DNA from: an uncultured Clostridium sp.
GTDB lineage: Bacteria > Bacillota_I > Bacilli_A > RF39 > UBA660
Assembly: GCA_964345385.1 (NCBI GenBank)
Contig: CAYFQM010000003.1
Coordinates: 1 to 58,342 of the forward strand
DNA length: 58,342 nt
Direction: 5' to 3'
The position numbers were made by a program, and so were the translations under genes. Below, piece by piece: positions 35,803 to 45,705 of this stretch. The notes beneath the pieces are model-generated. The model had not been told where the DNA came from. It searched no databases and saw only the letters and a program-made list of their open reading frames with translations. Position 1 is the first letter of the stretch. Every line of letters starts with the position of its first letter.

Positions 35803-36927
35803 ATGAAATTAATAATTGATAAAAATATTTTAGTTAATAATTTAGAAAATGTAAGCAAAGCTTTATCTACCAGAAATATTATTCCAGTATTAAATGGTAT
35901 AAAGTTTGAAGTAAAAAAGAAAGGAATTTATTTAACAGCAAGTGACAATGATATATCAATAGAAATATTAATTGATAAAAAAGAAATAAAAAAAATAGAA
36001 GAAGAAGGCTGTGTAATTATATCAGGTGGAATCAAATTACTTGAATTATTTAAAAAATTACCTAATTGTGATATATTAATTGAAAGTTATGAAGAAAATA
36101 TGATTAATTTTAAAACGAGTTTTTTTGAATATAAATCAAATTGTTTTCCTATAGAAGATTTTCCAAATATTTCTTTTAAAGAATCAGAAAATAAAATATC
36201 AATTGATGCACAAAAATTAAAAGAAATGATAACCAAAACATCTTTTGCTTGTTCTTTACAAGAAAGTAGGCCATTATTAACAGGAATTAATATAAAATTA
36301 ACAGGAAATATATTTGAATGTGTAGCTACTGATTCTTATAGATTATCAAAAATTCAATCTGTTGTTAATAATAAAGAAAATGATAATTTTAATATTGTAA
36401 TACCTGCAAGAAATATAAATGAATTTAATAAAATAATTAATGATGATGGAAATATAATAATGAATATATTTGAAAATAAAATATTATTTGTTTTTGGAAA
36501 TATAAAATTTCAATCTTCTTTAATTAGTGGAGGATCTTATCCAAATACTGATAACTCTATTCCAAAAAAATTTTCAAATAAATATAAAATTAATTATAAA
36601 CAATTTTTAGATATAATAGATAGGGCATCATTAGTGACTCAATCAAAAGATAAAAATATTATAGATATGGAAATAGAAAATGATAAATTAATTATTAAAG
36701 CATCAAGTATAGATATAGGAAAAATAGAAGAAAAAATAGAAATAATTAATGAAACAAAAACAAATATAAAAATTTCATATAGTTCAAAATTTATGATAGA
36801 TGCTTTAAAAGTACTAGATGATGAATATATATATATAATGATTAATGGTGAAATAAGTCCTATAATATTAAAAGAAGAAAAAAATGATGAATTAATTCAA
36901 TTAATTTCTCCAATGAAGACTTTTTAA
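35803..36927 (+). CDS. dnaN: DNA polymerase III beta sliding clamp
   Basis: 374 aa. ...PVLNGIKFEV..., ATDSYRLS, and a three-domain length. AAGGAGG SD. Confidence 0.95.
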   Translation: MKLIIDKNILVNNLENVSKALSTRNIIPVLNGIKFEVKKKGIYLTASDNDISIEILIDKKEIKKIEEEGCVIISGGIKLLELFKKLPNCDILIESYEENMINFKTSFFEYKSNCFPIEDFPNISFKESENKISIDAQKLKEMITKTSFACSLQESRPLLTGINIKLTGNIFECVATDSYRLSKIQSVVNNKENDNFNIVIPARNINEFNKIINDDGNIIMNIFENKILFVFGNIKFQSSLISGGSYPNTDNSIPKKFSNKYKINYKQFLDIIDRASLVTQSKDKNIIDMEIENDKLIIKASSIDIGKIEEKIEIINETKTNIKISYSSKFMIDALKVLDDEYIYIMINGEISPIILKEEKNDELIQLISPMKTF

Positions 36928-36956
36928 TATATTTTTTTATAAAAAAAATACACTTC

Positions 36957-36988
36957 GTGCACGTTTTGATACATTTCGTGCACTTTTT
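36957..36988 (+). terminator. dnaN terminator
   Basis: GTGCACG (36957-36963) pairs with CGTGCAC (36977-36983), followed by TTTTT. Confidence 0.7.
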
Positions 36989-37046
36989 ATTTATTTAATT
37001 TTAAATAAATGATAGTCTAGTAAACAAATTTTGAAAGGAGGAAAAT

Positions 37047-37511
37047 ATGAAATATGAAATTAATATGAATACAGAATCTATTATTCCAATAAATGGTGAA
37101 AAAACAAAAATATATGAAAATGGCTTAGAAAAAATAGTAAATATTAATTCATTAAAAATAATAGAAAGAAGCTGTGAATTTTTTGGAAGTTCTTTAGATG
37201 GAAGAAAAATTGGTACTAAATCATTATTAGGAATAACACATAAAGCACCAATTATAATTGAAGAAACAAGAAAAATAATATTTTTTCCAACAACATCTCC
37301 AAATAGAGAAGATTGTATATGGATAAATTTAGATCAAATACAACAATATTGTGAAAATCCATTAAATACTTCTTCTATAATATTTAAAAAAGGAAATATT
37401 TTAGATTTGGATATGTCAATAGGTTCATTAACTAATCAAATATTAAGAGCATCAAGATTAAAATGTATTTTAGAAGAAAGAATTAATAATAAAAAAGATA
37501 TATTTATATAA
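37047..37511 (+). CDS. comK: ComK-family protein
   Basis: IIERSCEFFGSSLDGRKIGTKSLLGITHKAPIIIEETRKIIFFPTTSPNREDCIWI is colinear with B. subtilis ComK IVDRSCRFFGSSYAGRKAGT...ISHKPPIMV...IFLFPTLSS...CGWI (recalled). AAGGAGG SD. Confidence 0.75.
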   Translation: MKYEINMNTESIIPINGEKTKIYENGLEKIVNINSLKIIERSCEFFGSSLDGRKIGTKSLLGITHKAPIIIEETRKIIFFPTTSPNREDCIWINLDQIQQYCENPLNTSSIIFKKGNILDLDMSIGSLTNQILRASRLKCILEERINNKKDIFI

Positions 37512-37613
37512 ATATCTTTTTTTAAATGGTTTTTTATGTTATACTTATAATGTTGTAGGAGTATACCTAAAATTTTAAAAAAAGTTAAATTAGGGGGTGT
37601 AAATGACTTCAAA

Positions 37614-38700
37614 ATGAATATTAGGAAAATAGAATTATATAATTTTAGATGTTATAAATATTTAAAAATTGATAAATTTTCTAATTTAAATATAATTATA
37701 GGATCAAATGGTATTGGAAAGACTTCAATATTAGAATCTATATATTTAGGAAGTTTAACAAAAACGTTTAAATCAAATGATGATTTAAGTGTTATAAAAA
37801 GTGGAGAAGATTTTACTAAAATAAAAATAAAAGTATTTAATGATTTTATTAATAATAATTTGGAATTTATAATGACTTCTAAAGGAAAAAATACAAAAAT
37901 TAATGATTTTGTACAAAAAAAATTAAGTAATTATATATGTTATTATAACGTGATGCTATTTTCTCCAGATGAAGTAAAGATTATAAAATCTGCTCCTAGT
38001 ATTAGAAGAAATTATTTTAACGTAGAAATATCTCAAATAGATAAAGAATATATTAAGTTATTAAATAATTATAATAAAGTTGTAAAAAATAAAAACGAAT
38101 TTTTAAAAAAAATAATGTTAAATAATAATTTAGATTATAACTATTTAGATATTAGATGAAAAATTGGTAGAAATAGGATTAAAAATTTATAATTGTAGAA
38201 AAAAATATATAAATAATATTAATATGTTAATTACAAAAAAATTTAATAATTTTAGAAAAAAAGATACTTTAATTATTGATTATGTTTCAGATTTTAATTT
38301 AAATAATAAAGAAAAAATATTAAAACTAATAAGAAAAAATAGAAATAAAGAAATTAACATAGGAATGAGTAATATAGGAATACACAGAGATGATTTTGTT
38401 TTTATTCATAATAATATGAATGCTAAAGATTTTAGTTCACAAGGAACTTTAAAATTAATAATATTATCAATGAAATTATCAGAAGTAGAAATTTTTAATA
38501 AAATATATAATAAAAAGCCAATTCTTTTATTAGATGATTTGTTTAGTGAATTAGACAAAGAAAATAAAAATAAAATATTTAAATTATTAAATAAGGAATC
38601 TCAAATATTTATTACTTCAACAGATATAAATAATATAGATAAAAAAATAATAAATAAAGCAAAAATTTTTGATTTAAGTGAAAGGAAAAAATATGAATAA
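37614..38700 (+). pseudogene. recF: recF split by a frameshift at 38146-38160
   Basis: The N-terminal ORF (Walker A GSNGIGKTSILE) ends at TGA 38157-38159. The C-terminal part (LLLDDLFSELD Walker B) continues in the +1 frame from 38149 (..ILDEKLVEIGLK). Removing 38151-38157 (attagat), or removing a single nt, restores one ORF of about 360 codons. Confidence 0.85.
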
Positions 38701-40612
38701 CGAATATAAAGAAAGTGATATACAAGTACTAGAAGGATTAGAAGCAATAAGAAAAAGACCTGGAATGTATATAGGTACAACTGATTTAAAAGGTTTACAT
38801 CATTTAGTGTGGGAAATAGTAGATAATTCAATAGATGAAGCATTAGCGGGTTATTGTAATAATATAGAAATAGTTATAAACAAAGATAATTCTATAACAG
38901 TTAAAGATAATGGAAGAGGAATACCTGTGGGAAAACATCCAAAAACTGGAATATCAACAGTAGAAACTGTATATACAATTTTACATGCTGGGGGAAAGTT
39001 TGGTGGTGGTGGATATAAAGTATCAGGTGGTCTTCATGGAGTAGGAGCAGCTGTCGTAAATGCTTTATCAAAATGGTTGATTGTAACTGTATATAAATCT
39101 GGAAAAATATATCAAGCAAAATTTGAAAATGGCGGAAAAATAATTCAAAATTTGCAAGAAATAGGAGAGTGTGAATTAAATAGAACAGGAACAATTGTTT
39201 CTTTTAAACCAGATTCGGATATATTTGATAGTGATGTTTATGATTATAATATTTTAAAAATTCGTACTAGAGAATTAGCTTTTCTTAATAAAGGATTAAA
39301 AATTACTTTGAGAGATGATCGTGATGATGAAGATACTCAAGGTGAAGTATTTATGTATGAAGGTGGAATAAGTGAATATGTAAATTTTATTAATAAAGAA
39401 AAAAAAGTTTTAAATAATGAAGTCATACACTTATCTGGTGAAAGAAAAGATGTTATTTTTGAAGTAGCTTTTCAATATAATACAGGATATAATGAGAGTA
39501 TTTATTCTTTTGTAAATAATATTAATACTCATGATGGAGGTACCCATGAAGATGGAGTAAGAAGGGCTTTAGTTAGAGTTATAAATAATTATTCAAGAAA
39601 AACAAATTTATTAAAAGAAAAAGATGAAAATTTAAGAGAAGATGATGTAAAAGAAGGATTAACAATGATTATTTCTTGTAAACATCCAAATCCACAATTT
39701 GAAGGACAAACAAAAGGAAGATTAGGAAATTCTGAAGTTAGAGTAATAGCAGATAATATTTTTGCCGAAGGATTAGAACAATATTTGTTAGAAAATCCTG
39801 ATGAAGCAAAAATAATAATAAATAAAGCAATTTTAGCAAGAAATGCAAGAATGGCAGCAAAGAAAGCAAGAGAAGCAACAAGAAACAGTGATCTAGCTAT
39901 GACCAATTTTTTTGGTAAGTTAACAGATTGTAAAAGTAAAGATCCATCTATCTCTGAATTATTTATAGTTGAGGGAGATAGTGCGGGCGGATCAGCAAAA
40001 AAAGGAAGAAACTCATTTACACAAGCAATACTTCCTCTAAGAGGAAAAATTTTAAATGTTGAAAAAGCAAGAGAAGACAAAGCTTTAGGAAATGAAGAAA
40101 TAAAAACAATAATAACCGCTTTAGGAACAGGAATAAGAGAATATTTTGATTTATCTAAATTAAGATATGACAAAATAATAATTATGACTGATGCAGATGT
40201 AGATGGATCACATATTAGAGTATTATTATTAACATTGTTTTATAGATTTTTTAGACCAATAGTAGAAGCAGGCCATATATATGCTGCACAACCTCCATTA
40301 TTTAGAATAATGCATGGGAAAATGAGAAAATATGTTTTAAATGAAAAAGAATTGGAAACATATATGAAATCTTTACCAGAAAATATTAGAGAAAAGGCAG
40401 AAATAGCTAGAATGAAAGGTCTTGGAGAAATGGATGCTGAAGAATTAAATGAAACAACAATGGATATTAATAAAAGAACATTAAGAAAAATTACTGTTCA
40501 AGATTGTATTGATGCAGATTTAACATTTCAAAAATTAATGGGCGATGAAGTAGAGCCAAGACGTAATTTTATTGAAGAAAACGCTGGATATGTACAAAAT
40601 CTTGATATATAA
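38693..40612 (+). CDS. gyrB: DNA gyrase subunit B
   Basis: [23 protein letters not shown] and [12 protein letters not shown]. The ATG at 38693 has an AAAGGAAAAA SD and overlaps the recF stop. Confidence 0.97.
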   Translation: MNNEYKESDIQVLEGLEAIRKRPGMYIGTTDLKGLHHLVWEIVDNSIDEALAGYCNNIEIVINKDNSITVKDNGRGIPVGKHPKTGISTVETVYTILHAGGKFGGGGYKVSGGLHGVGAAVVNALSKWLIVTVYKSGKIYQAKFENGGKIIQNLQEIGECELNRTGTIVSFKPDSDIFDSDVYDYNILKIRTRELAFLNKGLKITLRDDRDDEDTQGEVFMYEGGISEYVNFINKEKKVLNNEVIHLSGERKDVIFEVAFQYNTGYNESIYSFVNNINTHDGGTHEDGVRRALVRVINNYSRKTNLLKEKDENLREDDVKEGLTMIISCKHPNPQFEGQTKGRLGNSEVRVIADNIFAEGLEQYLLENPDEAKIIINKAILARNARMAAKKAREATRNSDLAMTNFFGKLTDCKSKDPSISELFIVEGDSAGGSAKKGRNSFTQAILPLRGKILNVEKAREDKALGNEEIKTIITALGTGIREYFDLSKLRYDKIIIMTDADVDGSHIRVLLLTLFYRFFRPIVEAGHIYAAQPPLFRIMHGKMRKYVLNEKELETYMKSLPENIREKAEIARMKGLGEMDAEELNETTMDINKRTLRKITVQDCIDADLTFQKLMGDEVEPRRNFIEENAGYVQNLDI

Positions 40613-40623
40613 GGAGGTTTATA

Positions 40624-43095
40624 ATGGAAGAAAATAATATAAAAAAAGAAGAAAAAATTAATTCAAATGTAATAGTAGAAGAAAAAGACAAAATAATTAA
40701 CAATGATATCGTTAAAGAGGTAGAAAAATCATTTCTTGAATATTCTATGAGTGTTATAGCTTCAAGAGCATTACCAGATTTAAGAGATGGATTAAAGCCA
40801 GTTCATAGGAGGATATTATGGTCAATGTTTGAATCAGGATATACTCCTGATAAACCTCATAAAAAAAGTGCAAAAACAGTTGGTGAAGTAATGGGAAATT
40901 ATCATCCTCATGGAGATGCATCAATATATGATGCTATGGTGAGGTTAGCTCAAGAATATAATCAGAGATATATGTTAGTGGATGGGCATGGTAATTTTGG
41001 TAACATTGAAGGAGATAGGGCCGCAGCAATGCGATATACAGAATCTAGATTATCTAAAATATCATTAGAATTATTAAGAGATATTAATAAAAATACAGTT
41101 GATATGGAAAATAATTTTGATGAAACTAGAAAAGAACCAACAGTTTTACCTTCAAGATTTCCTAATGTTTTAGTGAATGGATCTATGGGTATTGCGGTAG
41201 GTATGGCAACAAATATTCCTCCACATAATTTAGGTGAAGTAATAGATGGGTGTGTGGCATATATAGATAATCCAGCTATTGATATATATGGTTTAATGAA
41301 ACACATTAAAGGTCCAGACTTTCCTACTGGTGGAATTATTTTGGGGAATTCTGGTATAAAAAAAGCATATGAAACAGGTAGAGGATCTATAACAATAAGA
41401 GGTAAAGCTATTATTGAAGAATATAAAAATAATAGTGCTATTATTTTTACAGAAGTTCCATATGGAGTAAATACTATGGAATTAAAAAATAAAGTCGCAG
41501 AATTAGTAAATAATAAAACAATTGAAGGAATTTCAGATTATCATACTGATTTAAAAGATGGAATTAAAATAACAATAACATTAAAAAAAGATGCGAATGC
41601 TCAAGTGGTTTTAAATAATTTATATAAATATACATCATTTCAAATAAATTATGGAATAATATTATTAATGTTGGACGGATTAACTCCAAGAACTTTATCG
41701 TTAAAAGACATAATAGTTAAATATGTAGATTATCAAAAAGAAATAATTATTAGAAGAACTAAATTTGAATTAGCAAAAAACGAAAAAAAAGTACACGTTT
41801 TAGAAGGTTATAAAATAGCTTTGCAAAATATTGATGAAGTTATTAAGATAATTAAAAATGCAAAAAATGATGAAGAGGCAAAAACTAAATTAATTGATAG
41901 ATTTGGTTTAGATTTAATTCAATCAGAAGCAATATTAGAATTAAAATTAAGAAGATTAACAGGGTTAGAAAGAGAAAAAATAGAATTAGAACTAGAAGAT
42001 TTATTAAAAGAAATTAAAAAATTAAAATCAATTTTAGAATCAGAACAAAAAGTTTTAAATATAATTAAAGAGGAAATGTTGGAAATTAAAACAAAATATG
42101 GTGATGAAAGAAAAACAACAATTGATATGACAGCTGTTGATTATATTGAAGATGAAGCTTTAATACCAGAAGAAAACATTTTGTTAACAATAACACAAAA
42201 AGGATATATAAAAAGACTTACAAGCGATACTTACAGAACTCAAAATAGAGGTGGAGTTGGAGTTAGAGGTATGTCTGTTGTTGAAGATGATATTGTAGAC
42301 CAAATTATTAATTTAAGTACACATGATTATGTATTATTTTTCACAAACAAAGGAAAAGTATATAGAATAAAAGGATATGAAATACCAGAATATTCAAGAA
42401 ATGCAAAAGGATTACCAATTATTAATTTATTACCAATAGATAAAGATGAAAAAGTAAATGCAATAATAAAAATGGAAGCAGAAAATGAAAATAAGTATTT
42501 TGTATTTGTAACTAAAAAAGGTTTAATAAAAAGAACGCTGGTGTCTGAGTTTGATAATATTAGAAGTAACGGAAAAATTGCAATTACGTTAAAAGAAGAT
42601 GATGAATTAATTTCTGTTAAAAAAACAAATGGTGACAATAAAATATTAATGTGTTCTTCAAACGGAAGAATGGTTAGATTTGAAGAGCAAGAAGTTAGAG
42701 TAATGGGAAGAACAGCATCGGGAGTAAGAGGAATCAATTTATCAAATGATGTATGTGTGAGTGCAGATATTTCAGATGATTCTGACTTGGTTTTAATTGT
42801 TACTGAAAAAGGATATGGAAAGAAAACTAAAGTAACAGAATATAGGCAAACAAAAAGAGGTAGTAAAGGAGTAAAAACTTTAAATATTACTGAAAAAAAT
42901 GGAAAAGTTGTAGGATTTAAAATTGTTAAAAAAGATAATGATTTAGTAATTATTACAGATGAGGGAACAGTAATTAGAATTAATTTAGAAGCAATATCTA
43001 CGATGGGAAGAGTAACGCAAGGAGTAAAATTAATTAACTTAAAAAATTCTAATAATGTAGTATCTATGTCGTTAGTTGAAAAGGAAGAAGAATAA
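40624..43095 (+). CDS. gyrA: DNA gyrase subunit A
   Basis: RALPDLRDGLKPVHRR, the AAMRYTE active-site Tyr context, and C-terminal beta-pinwheel repeats. Confidence 0.97.
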   Translation: MEENNIKKEEKINSNVIVEEKDKIINNDIVKEVEKSFLEYSMSVIASRALPDLRDGLKPVHRRILWSMFESGYTPDKPHKKSAKTVGEVMGNYHPHGDASIYDAMVRLAQEYNQRYMLVDGHGNFGNIEGDRAAAMRYTESRLSKISLELLRDINKNTVDMENNFDETRKEPTVLPSRFPNVLVNGSMGIAVGMATNIPPHNLGEVIDGCVAYIDNPAIDIYGLMKHIKGPDFPTGGIILGNSGIKKAYETGRGSITIRGKAIIEEYKNNSAIIFTEVPYGVNTMELKNKVAELVNNKTIEGISDYHTDLKDGIKITITLKKDANAQVVLNNLYKYTSFQINYGIILLMLDGLTPRTLSLKDIIVKYVDYQKEIIIRRTKFELAKNEKKVHVLEGYKIALQNIDEVIKIIKNAKNDEEAKTKLIDRFGLDLIQSEAILELKLRRLTGLEREKIELELEDLLKEIKKLKSILESEQKVLNIIKEEMLEIKTKYGDERKTTIDMTAVDYIEDEALIPEENILLTITQKGYIKRLTSDTYRTQNRGGVGVRGMSVVEDDIVDQIINLSTHDYVLFFTNKGKVYRIKGYEIPEYSRNAKGLPIINLLPIDKDEKVNAIIKMEAENENKYFVFVTKKGLIKRTLVSEFDNIRSNGKIAITLKEDDELISVKKTNGDNKILMCSSNGRMVRFEEQEVRVMGRTASGVRGINLSNDVCVSADISDDSDLVLIVTEKGYGKKTKVTEYRQTKRGSKGVKTLNITEKNGKVVGFKIVKKDNDLVIITDEGTVIRINLEAISTMGRVTQGVKLINLKNSNNVVSMSLVEKEEE

Positions 43096-43099
43096 TTAA

Positions 43100-43132
43100 A
43101 ATTAATGTTTCACGTGGAACATTAATTTTTTT
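43100..43132 (+). terminator. gyrA terminator (palindrome copy 1)
   Basis: aattaatgtttcacgtggaacattaatt followed by ttttt. Confidence 0.75.
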
Positions 43133-43180
43133 ATATATTTAATTACAATTTTTGTTATCAAAAAAAATAAAAGTTATTCA

Positions 43181-43200
43181 TATGTTTCACGTGAAACATA
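43181..43200. repeat. Perfect 20-bp palindrome TATGTTTCACGTGAAACATA (copy 2 of the TGTTTCACGTGRAACA core)
   Basis: Read directly. It shares a 16-nt core with the gyrA terminator 80 bp upstream (one G/A difference), has no T-run, and sits just upstream of the SRP RNA promoter. Confidence 0.8.
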
Positions 43201-43209
43201 TAAAATTAA

Positions 43210-43238
43210 TTGTATATTTTTAAAAAGTATGATATATT
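43210..43238 (+). promoter_or_regulatory. Promoter of the SRP RNA gene (TTGTAT, 17 nt, TATATT)
   Basis: ttgtat at 43210-43215 and tatatt at 43233-43238. The helix of the RNA begins 7 nt downstream. Confidence 0.5.
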
Positions 43239-43244
43239 TAATTC

Positions 43245-43315
43245 GATGCAATGTGTAGTTTTGAAAGGGTCAGGATTGGAAAATAGCAGCCATAAAAAAC
43301 AAAACATGTGCATCA
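43245..43315 (+). ncRNA. ffs: Small (4.5S-like) signal recognition particle RNA
   Basis: GGGTCAGGATTGGAAAATAGCAGCC matches the domain IV consensus GGUCAGGUCCGGAAGGAAGCAGCC, including the GGAA tetraloop. The closing helix is GATGCAATGT / ACATGTGCATC, followed by T6. The position next to tadA-dnaX is typical for Firmicutes. Confidence 0.75.
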
Positions 43316-43334
43316 CTTTTTTATGAGGAAAGAT

Positions 43335-43739
43335 ATGGAAAAAATTATAAAAACGTTAGATAAAGAAATGAAAAAAGCCGCTAATAAAAAAGAGGTGCCT
43401 ATAGCTGCATTGATAATGAAAAACAATGTAGTGTTATGTTCGGCACATAATTCTAAAATAAGTAAAAATGATCCTACAGCTCACGCAGAAGTAATATGTA
43501 TAAAAAAAGCTTCTAGAATATTAAATACAAGCAACTTAGGCGACTGTGAATTATATGTTACTATAAAACCATGCAAAATGTGTGAATATATAATTAATGA
43601 AGCAAGAATAAAAAAAGTATATTATTTTTATGAAAATAATAAAAAAATAAATATAACGACAAAATATGAAAAAATAATATTAGACAAAACAGAATTTATG
43701 TCGAAAAAACTAAGTGGCTTTTTTAAAACAATAAGATAG
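43335..43739 (+). CDS. tadA: tRNA-specific adenosine deaminase
   Basis: HAEVICI (HAE) and PCKMCEYII (PCxxC) zinc motifs. I prefer the ATG at 43335, with a GAGGAAAG SD, over the track start at 43308, which lies inside the SRP RNA. Confidence 0.85.
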   Translation: MEKIIKTLDKEMKKAANKKEVPIAALIMKNNVVLCSAHNSKISKNDPTAHAEVICIKKASRILNTSNLGDCELYVTIKPCKMCEYIINEARIKKVYYFYENNKKINITTKYEKIILDKTEFMSKKLSGFFKTIR

Positions 43740-43781
43740 ATATTATAATTAAATTTTGTTATAATTATTAGGGAGGTAAAT

Positions 43782-45398
43782 ATGTCCTATATAGCTTTAT
43801 ATAGAAAATATAGACCACAAAATTTTAGTGAGGTTGTTGGTCAAGAAATTATTGTAAATATTTTAAAAAACTCTTTAATTGCAAAAAAAATAAATCATGC
43901 ATATATTTTTAGTGGACCAAAAGGTACTGGAAAAACAAGTATTGCTAAAATATATGGGAAAGCAGTAAATTGTTTAGCTCCAGTTGAAGGGGATTTGTGT
44001 GGAAAATGTAGTATATGTAAAAGTTTTAATGAAGAAAATATAGATATAATAGAAATAGATGCAGCCAGTAATAATGGTGTAGATGAGATAAGAGAAATAA
44101 GAAATAACGTTAGTATTATGCCTGTTTATTCAAAATATAAAGTATATATAATAGATGAGGTACATATGTTATCATCAAGTGCATTTAATGCTTTATTAAA
44201 AACGCTGGAAGAACCTCCAGAGCATGTGATTTTTATTTTAGCAACAACAGAGCTAAATAAAATACCATCAACTGTTTTATCAAGATGTCAAAAATTGGAT
44301 TTTAAAAAAATATCTCCAAATAAGATAGAAAAACAAATAAATTATATATTAAAAAAAGAAAAAAGAATTCTTTCTAACAAAGTAATTACTTTGATTTCAG
44401 AGTTAAGTGATGGTTCATTTAGGGATGCAATTAATTTGCTAGATCAATTGTTAACATATAATAAAAAAAATATAACAATAGAGGATGTGTATAATTTAAT
44501 AGGAAGTCCATCAGAAGAAATAATAGATGAACTAATAGAAAGTATTTGCAATAATAATGTTAAAAAAGGTTTAACCATAATTAATAAAATATATAATGAA
44601 GGAAAAAACTTTGGTACAGTGTGTAATCAACTGCAAAAAAAAATAACAGACATTATTATTAATAATAATACACACGAATATTTTGATTTGTGTGTTGAAA
44701 AAAAACTTTTAAAGTATTCTGATTTAGATAATATAAAATTATTAAATTTATCTGATATTATGTTTGAATTAAACAATTCAATTAAAAAGACAGTAAATCA
44801 AAAAAACTTATTAGAAACATATTTTATTAAAATGTGTTTATTATTTAAAAAAGATAAAGAACAAACAAAAGAAATGGAAGAAAATATAGAACAAAATAAT
44901 ATTGAAATTGAAGAAAATGAAAAGAAAAAAGAAAATAGTAAACATTTATATGACAAGGAACTAAGAATTAATAATACTTTTGCTTTGGCAGATAAAGAAA
45001 TTAAAAAAGATTTTTTAAAAAAATTTAAAAAAATAAAAGATTATGTATCTGATTCTGAATATTCATCAGTAGTTAATTTGCTTTTAAAATCAACTCCCGA
45101 AGTTGTTTCAGAAAAAAATATACTATTTGTTTTTAAAAAAACATTTGAAGTGATTTTATTTGATAAAAATATAGAATTAATTCAAAAACTATTTAAAGAA
45201 ATATATAAAATCAAATTTGATCTTGTTTCAATTGAAATAAGTGAATGGGAGAAAGAACGAGAAAAATATATATTAAATATAAAAGAAGGAAAAAAATATA
45301 TATATATGGAGGAAACAAAAAAAAATAATAAAAAAGGAACTCTTTTAGAGAGTGAAGCAGAAAATATTTTTGGCGAAAATATTTTGACTGTAGAATGA
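43782..45398 (+). CDS. dnaX: DNA polymerase III subunit gamma/tau
   Basis: GPKGTGKTSIAK, a zinc module CGKCSICKS, IIDEVHMLS, and SRCQKLDF. Confidence 0.95.
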   Translation: MSYIALYRKYRPQNFSEVVGQEIIVNILKNSLIAKKINHAYIFSGPKGTGKTSIAKIYGKAVNCLAPVEGDLCGKCSICKSFNEENIDIIEIDAASNNGVDEIREIRNNVSIMPVYSKYKVYIIDEVHMLSSSAFNALLKTLEEPPEHVIFILATTELNKIPSTVLSRCQKLDFKKISPNKIEKQINYILKKEKRILSNKVITLISELSDGSFRDAINLLDQLLTYNKKNITIEDVYNLIGSPSEEIIDELIESICNNNVKKGLTIINKIYNEGKNFGTVCNQLQKKITDIIINNNTHEYFDLCVEKKLLKYSDLDNIKLLNLSDIMFELNNSIKKTVNQKNLLETYFIKMCLLFKKDKEQTKEMEENIEQNNIEIEENEKKKENSKHLYDKELRINNTFALADKEIKKDFLKKFKKIKDYVSDSEYSSVVNLLLKSTPEVVSEKNILFVFKKTFEVILFDKNIELIQKLFKEIYKIKFDLVSIEISEWEKEREKYILNIKEGKKYIYMEETKKNNKKGTLLESEAENIFGENILTVE

Positions 45399-45411
45399 AA
45401 GGAAATATAAA

Positions 45412-45705
45412 ATGAATATGCAAGCATTAATGGCACAAGCCAAAAAAATTCAAAAAGAATTAGAAAAAAGCACAAAAGAACTTGAAGAAAAGGAATTTAC
45501 TTTTGAAAACGAAAATATAATAATAGTAGCTACTGGAAATAATAAAATTAAAAATATATCAATAAAAAATAAAAATTTATATGAAGATATTGATTTATTA
45601 GAAGAAATAATTATTGTTGGTATAAATAGTACATTAGAAAAAATTCAAAAAGAGAAAGAAAACAAAATTGGAAAATATACTAATGGATTAGGAGGTTTTT
45701 TCTAA
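45412..45705 (+). CDS. ybaB: YbaB/EbfC nucleoid-associated protein
   Basis: 97 aa. MNMQALMAQAKKIQKELEK... It occupies the canonical dnaX-ybaB-recR position. Confidence 0.9.
   Translation: MNMQALMAQAKKIQKELEKSTKELEEKEFTFENENIIIVATGNNKIKNISIKNKNLYEDIDLLEEIIIVGINSTLEKIQKEKENKIGKYTNGLGGFF

Noticed and set aside
36951-36983. Direct repeat TTCGTGCAC x2 after dnaN as a possible regulator (ComK or DnaA) site
   Set aside because: Because GTGCAC is palindromic, the two copies form a 7-bp GC-rich stem followed by T5. The simplest reading is the dnaN Rho-independent terminator.
38157-38159. TGA read as Trp (genetic code 4) as an explanation for the split recF
   Set aside because: The downstream conserved RecF sequence is in a different frame, so read-through of TGA would not restore it. 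All conserved genes are intact under code 11, and rsmI terminates with TGA (49483-49485).
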